Shown here: piece by piece, positions 35,160 to 48,489 of the stretch
How the letters are laid out: each line of letters opens with the position of its first letter
Numbering within the stretch: the stretch's first letter is position 1
Position numbers and translations under genes: made by a program
Assembly (NCBI GenBank): GCA_964252035.1
Contig: OZ176208.1
Origin: Podarcis erhardii
Lineage: Eukaryota
DNA length: 64,000 nucleotides
Direction: 5' to 3' (one strand)
The notes under the pieces: generated by a model
Databases searched by the model: none
What the model was told of the DNA's origin: nothing
The model's input: the letters and a program-made list of their open reading frames with translations, nothing else

Positions 35160-36319
35160 TATCCCACCAATCTTCTGAGAAAGACCAAAAAGGCATACAT
35201 GGTATTTATCTCCCTTAGTCTTACAACAAGTGTGTGAGATAGGCCAGGCTGAGAGACAGCAACCAGCTAAGATAATGCATAGGGTAAAACTGAAGAAATA
35301 TACTTAGTCCTAAATCCTACTAAGTTTAATGAAAGCTTACTACTTAATAAGTGTGTTTAGGATTACATCACCAGCTAACTTCAAGGCCAAGCAGAAACCA
35401 CCAAATCCCATTTTTAATTGTACCAAATAGTTTTGTGGAGGGTGGAAAACAGCTGAATCAGGAAAAAAAATCAAAGCAAACCTTTGGGTATCAAATTCCT
35501 GCACGTGTGTATTGTTTTTGCTAGACTTGAAAGTAACATTGGTTCTTTGTCCCTAAAAGGGAGAATTGTGTGTAATTTGTTGTTTATCATATTAATTTTC
35601 CAATTTTTCTTTGCAACATTCTTACATTACACTTTTTGATTGTATGATAGCTGTAGTCAAAGTCATTATAGCTACTCGTTTATTTAAAATAATTTTTTGG
35701 CTACAAGAGATCGTTAACACAATGAGCATGCATTACTGCTGCTTGGCAGAATCAGTTTCTAAGAAGATGAGGAAAATCAGCAGTGTAGTATTCTAAACAA
35801 ATTTTTTTCTGCTTGCTAGGGAAGTGTGTAATTTGTGATGGGGGGGTGGCATTCTTCTTTATGAGCTTCATGCAAATAGATTTAGCAGTTATATGAATGT
35901 TTTTGGTGCATCTATTCAGTGAAAGATTTACTAAACAACTTGAAACAGATCACTGCTGATATTCAACATTATTGTATGTCAAGGAAAATGACCCCATATT
36001 TTTAGGTGTTGTTTTTGAGTTTTAGCTGTTGCATATTTACCCTTCATTGTAGTGAATTATTGTAGTGATTTATTGCAGACTGGTGTGCTAAATTATGTTT
36101 CCATATTAACTGGTTTAAATCAGTACCCTGTCTATATTGAATTTCATGTGTTAAGCATGAAATGTGCCTTTTTTTATTTCCATGCTTGATGGTTGGCTTA
36201 GATGTTGAAATTTGGAAAAAGAAGAAGTCAGAATTGATTCTGCCTTTCATGCTCACAAGTTTTTGATATTTTCTGAAAACAAATATATAATTATATGAAT
36301 ATTTATTACTTTTATTTTT

Positions 36320-36495
36320 TAAAGCAAACATAGGAACTTATTGCTGGTCCATCTAACTCAGTATTGTTGACATTGACCTGCAGTGACCTTGAGGGTTTCA
36401 GCTCACACACTTTCTTAGCCGTACCTGGAGATGTTAGGGAATGAACCTGGGATCTTCTGCTCAGAAAGCATGTGCTCTTCCACAAGTTATGGACC
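36320..36495 (-). mobile_element. tRNA-derived SINE (Squam2-like)
   Basis: Reverse: AGAGCACATGCTTTCTGAGCAGAAGATCCCAGGTTCATTCCCTAACATCTCCAGGTA...CAATACTGAGTTAGATGGACC. Confidence 0.75.
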
Positions 36496-38268
36496 ACTAC
36501 TACAAACTTTGTATTATATTATACAGTACTGCAGACTAAATATGGATTCTAATAGCTTGAATTAAAACAACAGCCACAAAATTTCTGTTGCAAGCTCACA
36601 GCATATGTTTTCTCTCTCATAATTTCATATCCATGCAGTCCTAATGAGGTGAGTTTAGTCAAAATGTTCTTATGCTCCAGTATCCACTGGCCGGGGAACT
36701 TGATTTCTTTAGTGTGTAGAATAAAGATTTAAATCTGTTTTGGTCTTCTGCTGCAAGATCCAAACATCTACTCCCATCCCATTTAGAGATTCTAAATTTC
36801 TAGCTCTTTGAGAAAATAGCCAAAAGAAGGCAGCTGGTTCTTTCAACATGCTGCTAAGGATGAAGTGGCAAAAGCAATCTGTCACCAGAGACCCCTATAA
36901 ATGTGGGGCATGTGTAACAGAGGCGCTACCCCAACATTACTATTATTATACAAAGTCTTGCACCCCAAATTTAAGAGGCACAATTTAGAAGACAAACTTG
37001 GATCAGTAATAAATGAAGTGGTGAAAGGGACTCTAGTACTTATAACAATAAATGTGGGTGATATATGCCGAAAAGCTATACTTGTCTGTGTCTCATCACT
37101 AAATAAAATTCAACTTGTCCCTGAAGTGCTAGGGGAAAGCATCCAGAATGTAATGAAAAGCTTAGGTGCAAACACAATCTCCATGTCATTTGCTATCTAA
37201 TCAGTGCAGCTTAGTTTTCAAGTAGTCTAGGCCAGATGGCTTGGACTGAAGTGATATAGTAGGACTTTCATGGATCAAGGGAGAGACACTGCAATTATGA
37301 AAAGAAATGCCCTCTTCAATCAGACTGCAAGGGACTAGAACATGAATGACCATAGGCATGCAAGAGGGAATAAGTAAATCAGATCGGTTCAGAGAAAATG
37401 GAAAACAGGTTTGCGAAAAGTTATTCTGGCTAGGCTAAGCCGATTGGCTTCAAAAGAGCTGAACTTAAGAAAAATATGGAACTAAAAATGCTATTAAAAA
37501 GGATGCTATATAGAAGCAAAATCCCTCTTCTTAGGGCTGTCCAAGATACTATTCCAAGTTCTTGTCTCCATTGTTCCAAGTTAAATATGTTCAGTATAAT
37601 CTGCCGGCCTTTTAGCTTCCTTGGAAAAATATGGAATATATAGGGATGTTTCCAAAATTTTCACCTGGATTTCTCTAGATTTTGAAGTGTCCTAGGTGGA
37701 ACCTGTGCATTAAAAAATTACTCTCTTGTTCTATTAATCTTTTTGACAAATCTGCATTATGTACAAGCACTTTGCTGCAGTTTTCGAAGCCTAGCAAAAC
37801 AATCCAATACACATCTGTTCCGATGTCATCCTCACTGTAATGGGACTTACTCCCATGCCCCCCCCCCAAGAGTGTTATTGTTTGAAATTTAAGTTCATAT
37901 GTGTGCTTCACAACTTTTGTCAATTTGCAACTTACATTGACAAAACACTGCAAAAACAATCTTGATGTGACTGTAACACAGTTATAGCAAGATTCTTTGT
38001 GCTGATGCACATTTTATTAAAAAAAATGAAATCATGCATACAGCTCTCAATAATCTTTTTGTCTGGTGTTTGACAAAATCTAGGATTTAAATGGCACACT
38101 AAACTGTGGTTCAACAAAATCGGAAGCAAAAGTTTCCAAACTACGCCTTGCACCTGCAGAAGGGATGTGGAGACGTGCAGAGCCTGAGGGTCACTGCTAC
38201 TCATTCTTGTCAAACTAAACTGCCCTTTCGCATGGGCCAATGGCTTCATTCTGACAGACTGTGACTGA

Positions 38269-38520
38269 GAGCCAGTGTGGTGTAGTGGTTAAGAGCGGTA
38301 GACTCGTAATCTGGGGAACCAGGTTCGCGTCTCCACTCCTCCACATGCAGCTGCTGGGTGACCTTGGGCTAGTCACACTTCTCTGAAGTCTCTCAGCCCC
38401 ACTCACCTCACAGAGTGTTTGTAGTGGGGGAGGAAGGGAAAGGAGAATGTTAGCCGCTTTGAGACTCCTTTGGGTAGTGATAAAGCGGGATATCAAATCC
38501 AAACTCTTCTTCACTTCTTC
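38269..38520 (+). mobile_element. L2-tailed tRNA SINE (Squam3-like)
   Basis: GAGCCAGTGTGGTGTAGTGGTTAAGAGCGG (A-box), GGTTCGCGTCTCC (B-box), ...GCGGGATATCAAATCCAAACT(CTT)n. Confidence 0.93.
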
Positions 38521-41500
38521 TGTGTTGATAGCAGTCAGGGCCCAAGATATAATTAATGAAAGCTTGTTTTGAAGGAGGAAGGGCCAGTGGAGGCCACGAG
38601 GAAAGAGCCAGAGGTGTTTCAAAATCTAGACCTTCTTCCTGAACAGATCAACATTGGGATTTCATTGGGCCAGCTGCCCACGGGTGCCTAGATTGGACAG
38701 ATGAATCACGTTCACATCTTGCATTTGTGCCTATGGTTATGCAGAGAAACTAATGAAAGTAGATTGTGGGCAGGAGATGGGTGGCTCAAGGAAGGAAATA
38801 TGCATTCTTTATCAATATGAATTTTGAGAGAAATCTGTTGGAAATACATATTTACCTAAAATATAAATGCACATTTTCATACAGGTATTTTTTTTAATGT
38901 GCATTCATGTCAAAATGGGATGGAATGAGTGCTAGGCGAATGTATGCAAAAGTAACATAGGCCAGAAATAGATTCATGCATTGATCCCCAGAGAGTAACT
39001 CCACTTCTCTCCCATTTCCTGATTCCTTCCACCATTTGCTGTTCTGAAATACTATCTCTCCAGTAGTGGGTTTCTGGAGTTGCTACAGCCTTAAGTCCAA
39101 AAATGAGGTGAAACCATCAATTTCACTTGTTTCTGCCTTGATACAATAGCAGGACCGCAGAGATAGATTTGGGAAAAGTCAAGAAAGTGTCAATTTCACT
39201 TTCAAAAATGAAACTATGCAGCATTGTTCCATTAAGCATGTTTACATTGATCAAAATAGCAACAAATTAAAAGGAGAATTCAAGATAGCAGCGTGATGTA
39301 ACACAACGCCAATGCCAGGGCTAAAAAGACACTAGTGAGAGACACAATTTACAACTTCTAAATGAGAACACACTAGCAACAGAAAACTGATCCATACCAA
39401 TGATAGCTCCAGCTGCCAGGAGTCTCAATCATGACACCGGCAGTTCTCCCAGCTATGCGATGCATTTTTCCTTTGAAGGCTTGGTTTCTTTATTAATATA
39501 TAATATTACAGTTTATTGGATTATTACCACTGTGTTGCAGCTGAGGCTGTGTTCTAAAAACAATCAAGGTTTTATTGGCTTCTTATTGGAGTCGGGGGGG
39601 GGGGTCATCACAAACTTAGACGAGTTTTTAATACCACTTTAACAGCCATGGTTTTCCCCAAAGAACCTGGCAACTGCAGTTTGGTGAGAGTGTTATGCAG
39701 AGGCGCCAACTCACACAGAACATTGAGAGGCTGATGATGTGAGTGGGACATCAGGAGGAGCAGGGGCAGAGCCAAATGCAGAAGCGGTGTGGTTTCAATA
39801 GCCGGTGGCTCCTCCTCTCTCATGCTTGGCCTCCTCCTGCTGCTGCCTCTACTGGCTGGGAGCTGCTTCCCAAATCATTCCCTTACACAGCTGACCATTG
39901 AAGCTCCACTGTGCTTGGCTCCATGGCTGGCCTCCTCTTCCTCCTCCTGCAACTAACACCAGCTGGGGGCTGCTTCCCCTCCTTTCCCTCCACAGCAGCA
40001 GCAGGAGGAGGAACTGCTCAGTGGTCACAGCTGATGGGAATTGTAGTCCAACAACTTCTGGTGGACCACAACTTCCCCATCCCCATCAAAAAGCTTCCTC
40101 CATAGATGAGGTTAAAGGCTGCTGAAATAGCATTTCCCCCCACTTTGTCCTGCATGTCAAACTAGTGTCCTCAGTTAGAAAGGGACAGCACTTTTAAGCA
40201 ACACTAATTTTGCTGCTTTTGGGGATAGCAGAAAAATCCTTTGGGCCTGAAGCCAAGCAGTGGTGGATTTGCATTCTGCAGATTTGTTTTTCTTAGTGTG
40301 CCTCTGAAGCTTTCACTGTGATCATTCACAGAGACAAAGGAAGCGCACTTCAGAGCCCCAGAAGGACACATTAACCTCCTCTGCTCATCTTAAAAAGACC
40401 CTTTCTATGTTCTGCTAATAGACACATTCGAGTGCAATGTGAACAAAAGGGGGGAAATGGCAAAAATGGCCTTTTTTTAGCCACTTCCCTGACATGTTTC
40501 AGAAACGCAGCTTTGTGTGCCTGTCAGTCATGCACAAAGACGATGAAACATAGATATTGTAAATCAAGCAACATTAACGCTACAGTTCCAAGTGAGTTTT
40601 TAGCATGGGGGTTGGTACTCACTGGGAGCCATTTTTACCACTGCCCATCCCAATTTTTACCACTTCTCATCCCCATAATTAACCACGGCTAATTACCCAG
40701 GGTTACCTCAATATTATAGGCAGCTGCCTTGGGCAGCCTAATTAAAGGGGCACCTGCTTGCCTCTTCCTTCCAGGTGCCTGGCTTCCCTGTGAGGGAAAC
40801 CACTGCTCCTTTAAGAAGGACTTGTCTTTGAGAGTAGTCTGATCACATACTGTGCTTTTCTCACCCTCGCTTCCAAAGAGTAGCAGATCTTAGTTTAAAG
40901 ACTGTATTTAAACAGCCTCACTTCTTGCAAAGCCATGGATCTAAAGTAGGGAAACAGAGACACAGAAAAATATAGAGATATAATTTTAGAAAAGTAGAGA
41001 GTACAGAACAACAAGACAACAGAGGCTTTCAGGGGCAGGGGACCTGATCAAATTTTAAAATGTTTGTTGACATTGTGGTTTGACTTGGGAGGGGTAAACT
41101 CACCCGCTGCACAGAGCTGCTGTACACTCCTAATAATTTTACCAGTGACTACCTACAGGCTTCAAACCTACCTAGGAATTACATTCTCGTACCAGAAAGC
41201 TCTGTACTTTGTGCATGTGTAAAGTGCAGAGGCACTTCATTCATGCTGAGGATTAGTTATTAAGTTTCAGAACTGAGAACTGCCATTTGTAATGTTTGTG
41301 GTAGATGTGGATCCAGGGAATTTTTTTTTCAGAATACCTTGGACTAAGCACAGACAGTGCCAACTGTAGGACTTGCACTTGACTGGCAGAGCAAGGGAAA
41401 TTCAAGGACTGTCCTGTATTCAGAGACGGAACTATAAAACAAGACTCTACATCTATTAAACTTAGAATGGGTCCAGATTCTTATTTCCCAGCCAATTAAA

Positions 41501-43954
41501 CCCAACACCATGCAAACAGCTTTTAGTGATGAACTGCATTATGAGCCCTGATGCAGAACATGTCTTTCTACTTGTCTATGTCTAATTAACCTGATGGGCT
41601 GTTGCATCAGTCTGTCTAGCAGAGAGTTTTGTTGCATCTTGATGACTAGAAGGTTTATTGTAGCATAAGATCTAGGAGTGCCCCCTAATCTAAGAACAGC
41701 TGCTCCTAAGGGGGAAAAAACAATACGGCAGCAGCCTACCAGAGACATGAACCAACAGAATAGGCTCTACAAGAAACTCAGACATCAAATCTTGCTATAA
41801 ATATTCACATAGGCAACATTAGTATAGGACCTGTACTAATAACATAAGGAGATCGTTCAATTCCTCTTTTGCCAATGTGGTGTATGACACAAACTGCCAA
41901 CAATGCCCTTCAACTGTTCCTTCCAGTTTTCTTTTAAAAAAGAAAAGCAATATCACATAGATCATTTATAAGTATTCAGTACTTGTGCTGTTTATTCACA
42001 TTCATGTTTCAGGCATGGTACATTACAAATGCCTGTGATTAATGTGGCTTTCAGCGGTTGAAAACAATCCCAGAACACGCATATTGCTCTTTATCAACCA
42101 TTTTAATTACTTGCAACTTTGCAAGAAATACAAATCAAGAAGTGCTAAAAGACTCTATTTCAAATAGTCTCCATAGGTGGGGAATTAAATGATTAGTTCA
42201 GAACCTCACAAAGACTCACACTTTATTTATAAAGAGGATGTCCTGCAAAGTACATAGCTTTAATCACACCTGCATTTAATCACCCAATTGTACACCCACT
42301 GGCTGTGGTAATTCAATGGTGCAGCAGAGCTGGAAAAATAACCACTGAAAACTAACCATAAGCTAGGGCTGATGGGAGTTGGAGTCCAACAACACCTAGG
42401 AAGTCACAGGTCCCCCATCCCTGAATTAGAAGATGGGCCTTGCACATAGATCAATCAGTGCCCCCAAAAAATCCTTATCTATGAACCTGTCTGGGTATTA
42501 AGAATTTGTCCTGGGTGAATCTGTCCATTTCAGTCCCCCAGTTTCTCCTTTTCCCGATCTTCAGTTCTCCACATTTTCACATCAGTCTGTGGTTTTTTTT
42601 AAAGTTCCCATGGAAATTTATTCACATTTTAGTGCAAATTTCACTGAAATTGGCTGGCATCCATCTGTCTTGGGAGACAATGGAGGAATATACCTTTGGG
42701 GGTCAAGTCAAACTATTGGAAGGTTACAGTGTCTACATATATACATCCTTCTGTGAAATTTCACCTAAGATACACATTTTGGCAAAGCAGGTTTCTATGT
42801 CCAGCCAATGTTTTAATATGCAAGCAGTACAACACTAGGCCTTGGGAATGAAAGCAGTCTCCAAGGTTGAGCTCCAGTAAGCCCCTTCTCTTCTTAAGCC
42901 CTGGCAGCATCTTGCCCTAGATGAGAACCAGAGGATGAATCTATAAAGATGGTTAAGGGATGCATGCTTAGATAAGTGGCTCTTGGCAAGAAAAATGCCA
43001 AGACTATAGTCGTGTCCTGGCCAAAGCGATTTATGACACACAGAAGTGGCAAGGGATGCATATATGACACTCAATAGGAGGGGAAATCACACTGAAGGGC
43101 AATATTTAAACAGCCATGAAAAGTGAGCCACTGGGGAATAGAGATTAGAATTAAATCATGGTCAGGAGATTTATTTGCAAAGGCCAAAAGTCTCATACAT
43201 CAGGGAATGTGAGTGCTTGTGATTTAATTAGGCAAACATCGTTGGGTGTTGAAGGAGCAGCAAAGCTGTTTCAAGATAGATTTGGATGCGACTGAGCAAG
43301 AGTTTCAAGTATCCTTCTTTCATTTTGCCAAAAAAAACGGAAAGAGAAAGGGGTTTATAGGGGGTGTGGATGCCTGTGAAGGGCCATTCATATTATTTCA
43401 CTACACTGGCTAGAGGTTTTGCAGCTGCAGTGACAACATTCTTTTTTATTTTTTGTTTTACTACTGTGTGAAAACACCAACTATCTGCAGAATTCTTCAC
43501 AGCAGGAAACTCTTTTAAGTGGCGCTTCTTTTTGGTTTCTTAATTATAGGGCAGGGTAAGAACATTACCATTCCATTAACTGAGCATATGCTTGTTTTTC
43601 ATGCAAAGGCAGAGAAAATATTTGCCACATTCTGTTAAGAATGTGCATAAAGAGGACAGTATGGGTTGAGCATCTGCAAAATGTTGTGTGAGAGTAATTC
43701 ATTTACTGGAGTCTTTTTGGACTATTGGTTTTTTTAAAAAGATATCTCAGCATTAGGTTTCTTGTTTAAAGTAAACAGTTGCTGATCTCCAGACATGAGG
43801 CAAATGCTAAGGCCTACCAGGCCACTTGCTGCCTTCTTAGAAAAAAAAGGAGTTCTTTTAAAAAAGAAAGATTGAGGGATGTCTGTCTTCACTTCTGTCC
43901 ACCTCCTGATAAGATGGGAGAATACCATGGAAGCATAGCCAAAGCATTGTCCAG

Positions 43955-44285
43955 CACCGGTGTCAACTACAGGGTGCCCTGGAGGCCCAGGCACCCACAA
44001 AAATTTTGTTGTGGGTGTTTGGCACTTGCACTACGGGGCCTCCGATGTGACTTCTGGGTCCTCACAAAGCATTGGAAGTCACATCCAAGGCCTCACAGGG
44101 CCTTGGAGTTGGCATCTGTGGCCTTGGCAAGGCCTTGGAGGTGGTGTCTGAGGCCTCACAGAGCCTCCGACACAACTTCTGGCAGTCCCAGGTGCCACTG
44201 TGGCACATGTGGCATAATGTGATGTCATGACATCATGCTGTGCGGCTGGGCACCCATAATCTGGGGCCCAAGTTGGCACCCCTGT
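43955..44285. mobile_element. GC-rich non-autonomous DNA element
   Basis: Termini resemble CCGGTGTCAACT / AGTTGGCACCCCTG; homologous to 34390-34620. Confidence 0.55.
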
Positions 44286-44559
44286 CGCCCAGGAACCTCT
44301 GGAATCAGGCAGCCCTGACAACCTCCCATGTAGTTGATGTAGTTTTGCAATGTGCTAGGACCTGATTCTCCTTTTTGTGATATTGATACCAGGAATTAAT
44401 GATTTCAAGCCTATTTTAAAAATTTAATCAAATGTTAAAAGGTGGGAGGTGTCTCATGATCATTGTAATTATCATGTCACAAGCACTAGCCAATAGGTGC
44501 CCATGCACTGTTGTAACCATATTCAGTGTACCATTCCAAACAGTATTCACTGGGTGGCA

Positions 44560-45050
44560 AAACAATTCCCATCAGTGAAACATTAAAGTTTGAGTTTAAT
44601 GGAAAATATATTTTCCCTCGCAGCAGATGTGCTAGCTTAGCAAATATATTTGGATTCTTTGCGACAACTGACAACTGCGTATTTATTGTGAAATAACACG
44701 ATCATCTGCAAAGACCCTTACCAGTTTTCTTATTTCATCATATGACAAATTGAGAAGGCTTTAATTTTAATTTAAACTCATTGAAATAAAAAATAAATGA
44801 GTAATCCTTTGGGCTGATAATGAACGATTCTCTCATAACAAGAGGTGATTTGTCAAAGCTGGAATTTGATTGTACAGCCATTTAAGTCTTCCAAATGATG
44901 AAGTCATTTTCCTATTTCTGGCAAAATTGCATGTTTAAAATATTACACATACTAGATATCAAGTGACAGAGGAGATTAAGAGAGCTTGCTATAATATAAT
45001 TGTGCCGCTATTAACCTTGATCTTGATGCAACATGTGTCATATAGTGCTC
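44560..45050. other. candidate conserved non-coding element
   Basis: About 500-bp repeat-free AT-rich block with several retained CpGs and TAATT/TGACAG/TTTATTG motifs. Confidence 0.35.
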
Positions 45051-46770
45051 CTTCCAATGCCCAAGCCTTTTCTTCATCTTTTAATCCTGATGGCTCCAGG
45101 AGACTCAGGTACTCCTATGTTCTTCTCTGTGGCCTATAGAAGGCCTTGCTGAATGTCCAAACCAATGGTGGGGAAGATCTGGCCCCTCCAGGTGCTATGT
45201 GAAATATTAAGAGTTTCTAAGATTTATCCTAACAACTCTCAGCACCCTTAATAAGCTCCAGTTTCCAGGATACTTTGGGGGAGCCATGACTGTGGTATAA
45301 TGCAGCTGTGTAGTGAATAGCATATTTACAAAGAAATTGGACAAAAACAGGGAAAGAATAATGACTCAGAATTTCCCCACCACCAGTGCCCACCACTACA
45401 GAAGCTGCAAATTGTGTGCTGCTAGAAAACATGGCCCGCTTGACTTGTTTAAGCAACAGTGCACGAAACATTCTGTTTACGATATTCCTAAACAGGTTAG
45501 GAGTCTCTGTTAGTGTGGAGCTGGGTAAGGTATTTTATCAAGAGTGCAGGGAAGGTATCACTTAGTAGGGAGACTTTGTTCAGTCATCCATTCAGTCAGA
45601 AAATAATCAGTCCGTCGATAGATCAGCAATGTGCAGTCTTGCATATACACCAAACTGAAATAATCAATGATTTCCTTTAAGTGATTTCTCTGTACTCAAC
45701 ATTCGTTCAGCTATTTTTTTAAAAAAAAAACGTATCCAGTTCTTCTTTTCTGCTTTTCAAAGGGGGTGGTGGAGTCTGCATTTACCAAAAAGTCCTGGCG
45801 GATGACATTGCAAAGCTGGGAGATGAGAAACATACATAGACTCCTGTCCTGGAAATGAATTTCTCGAAGCAAAGTTTGCCTGATTATTGTGAGTCACATC
45901 TCTCACAAAAGGCTCTGAAAATGTATCCAGTCATTGAAATCTGGGCAGGAAAAGGGTGCAGGGAAGCAGCTGAGGTGCAGTGCATTAAGAACCATTATCC
46001 AGTTCCTGGCACAAATTGGAGAGCACAAAACATAAGAGCAGACATCAAAGGTGTATGTGTAAAAAGAAAAGGAAAGAAAAAAGCAGCTCAGGGTCAACCT
46101 AGTGCAAAAACAAAGGTGTTGCAAGGTTTCATGATTCAAGGGATATTTGTGCACACACAAATACATATACACACACATCAGAGTATGCACAATGCATAGA
46201 ATACTTTGTGTGGGCTTCCTATTAGCATCTGGTTGGCCACTGTTTGAACAAAAGAGATGAGCCGTTGGTTGATCCAGCAGGAATGGCTAGCTTCATTTCT
46301 GCAGCCTAATTGAGGTCCGTAATCTGCTTTGCTGTTGCTATTGTTAAACAACTGGCATTCAGAAAGCCTTGCCAATCTACCACAGATCACCCAGAGATCT
46401 ACTAGTAGAACTCAATCCGTTTCTGACCACTTTTGGTCTAGCTCAATTAAGTAAAATAAATAATATACATTGATTCACAACACAACCATTTCTTGAAATG
46501 TATGGACAATTTAGGGTTTTCTTACATCTGCTCAGTCTAACATTGTATGTGCTTTAAAACCATCTTTAAACCATAAATGAAGTTCACATGAATCATCCTG
46601 TACAAATTCTGTATAAATTCTAAAGGAAGTGATGGTTTGCTAGCTGGCCTCCACTGCTTCCAAGTAAGCTTATGACCCACAGTGGGCACTCATGCGCAAG
46701 AGCCAGCTCTGCAGTCAGCCATAGTTTGCATAAAGAAAAGGGATGTGAACTTCTTCAAACATGGGTCTTT

Positions 46771-47078
46771 CATAGAATCATAGAATCATAGAATCATAGA
46801 ATCACAGAATCATAGAATCATAGAGTTGGAAGAGACCACAAGGGCCATTGAGTCCAACCCCCTGCCAAGAAGGAAACACCATCAGAGCACTCCTGACATA
46901 TGGTTGTCAAGCCTCTGCTTAAAGACCTCCAAAGAAGGAGACTCCACCACACTCCTTGGCAGCAAATTCCACTGTCGAACAGCTCTTACTGTCAGGAAGT
47001 TCTTCCTAATGTTTAGGTGGAATCTTTTTTCTTGTAGTTTGGAACCATTGCTCCGTGTCCACTTCTCTGTAGCAGCAG
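46771..47078 (-). mobile_element. young CR1 LINE 3' end with (ATTCTATG)n tail
   Basis: Peptide TRSNGSKLQEKRFHLNIRKNFLTVRAVRQWNLLPRSVVESPSLEVFKQRLD; octamer tail about 6.7 copies at 46771-46824. Confidence 0.95.
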
Positions 47079-47134
47079 ACTGCACAAGGCTCTCTTTCCA
47101 AGACCTGAGGGGTATATGTATCTTGGTGGGGGAC

Positions 47135-47960
47135 TTTGCGTGTTCAGACCCAGAAACCTTTCCCCTAAATAAAACACATGACTCAAATTTTGGTTTTGGT
47201 TTTTGGCAGAATTTAGGCCACAACTTTATAGATTAAAAAAAGTGACTTGTTGCATAGGCTCTGGTTCAACTAGCTCCCCGCCATGCAGGGTAGTGCTGAC
47301 CCAGGGTTCCAGCATAGGTCAGCCAAGGATGAACACCTGGATTATGGAAAGCCGGGAATGGGCTATCTCCACCACCCAAATGTCCCCCTGGACTCAGGAA
47401 TGGGAACAACCCCCTCTCAGGCGTTGACCAAACCATCGAGTCCCTGGATTCCTTTAATGGAATACCCTTCACATAGGGATGGTGAGAGTGTTCTTCCATC
47501 CCTATCACCTGAACCAGAGCCTATCCGCAACCTTACAAGTTGTGACAATTTGCTACATGGCAGGCAAAACCCAAATGGCAACAGTCAATCAGCCAAGTGG
47601 AGCAAATTCCTGCCGTGCGCCTGTCCCAATGACAGATGACACACGACAGCATAGCAAGGTCAAGCACAAGCCCTAAAAGTAGGGAGAGGTGGGTGGGTGT
47701 TCCAAATGCACGCGCCGAAAGAGGAAGCTCTGGGTCATGTGCATGGGCATAAATAGGTCCCTCGAACTGTTTAGACTACGTCCCATTGCCCAGATGGCAC
47801 CCAGGTTCGAGGGACCTACCAGTTGGGTGTTGTGGCTATCCAAACGTACCCACCCACAACACAGGGTGTCGGTTGTCCAGGTCTCACCGCAATACGTGCC
47901 CTCTTTAAAGGAGGACCCGATATACAACTTACTTAGTAAAGGCTACATCCCTCTCTTGCA
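47135..47960 (-). mobile_element. LTR-like or tyrosine-recombinase-retrotransposon (DIRS/Ngaro-type) terminal repeat, copy 1
   Basis: Colinear anchors shared with 62884-63596, including GGGTATTCCRTTAAAGGAATCC (21/22) and ATAAAGTTGTGGCC (14/14); no TSD or ORF recognised. Confidence 0.55.
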
Positions 47961-48489
47961 CTGCCAAGAGATGGCAAAAAGAAGGGTTGCATTTGTCAGG
48001 CATCAACACAAAACAGAAACTGTGAGTGTGGTTTTGGCTCAGTCCCAGTTACAGAGATGAAAAAGTTTGGAATTTGCTGTGCAAAACTAATAATTATACT
48101 GAAAATGAATGCCCCCCTAACACACACACATTTCTTCCATTCGCAGCAAATAATATTCTGCTGCTTTATAACAGAGAAATGGTCTTAACTGATCAGATTT
48201 TTTATTTAAACAGCCCCCCACAAAACCACTTCAGAATGCAAGAGAAAAGAAAGCCACAACATTTGTGCTGACTACGATCTCCTAATGAAACCCATGTATC
48301 CTGTAAATCCTGGCTGAAGCCTTGTGACTCAGAAAGACCTGCAGATACAGAAATAATACAATGGGTTTTAAGAGAGAAGCATCATCAGACCTGTTCCATA
48401 AAAGACTTCTGATAATATCATCATGTTCCTTTAAAGAAAAAAAGGTTATTACAGAAAGGGGTTTTATTGAGTTGAAGAAGATTTTCATG

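Noticed and set aside
36901-37200. 99-aa ORF with protein-like composition (KFKRHNLEDKLGSVINEVVKG...)
   Set aside because: No recognisable family, splice sites or Kozak context; an ORF of this length is expected by chance.
41595-41705. Minus-strand exon candidate GAAVLRLGGTPRSYATINLLVIKMQQNSLLDRLMQQPI
   Set aside because: Good acceptor but weak donor (GTTAAT) and unrecognised peptide; similar marginal candidates near 13.2 and 50.4 kb were dropped for the same reasons.
46771-46824. CRISPR-like or satellite tandem array
   Set aside because: It is the (ATTCTATG)n tail of the adjacent CR1; no spacers. No CRISPR array exists in this eukaryotic window.
47135-47960. Endogenous viral (hepadnavirus or retroviral env) coding fragment
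   Set aside because: The ORFs show no polymerase, core or env motifs, and the region aligns to the non-coding repeat at 62884-63596.
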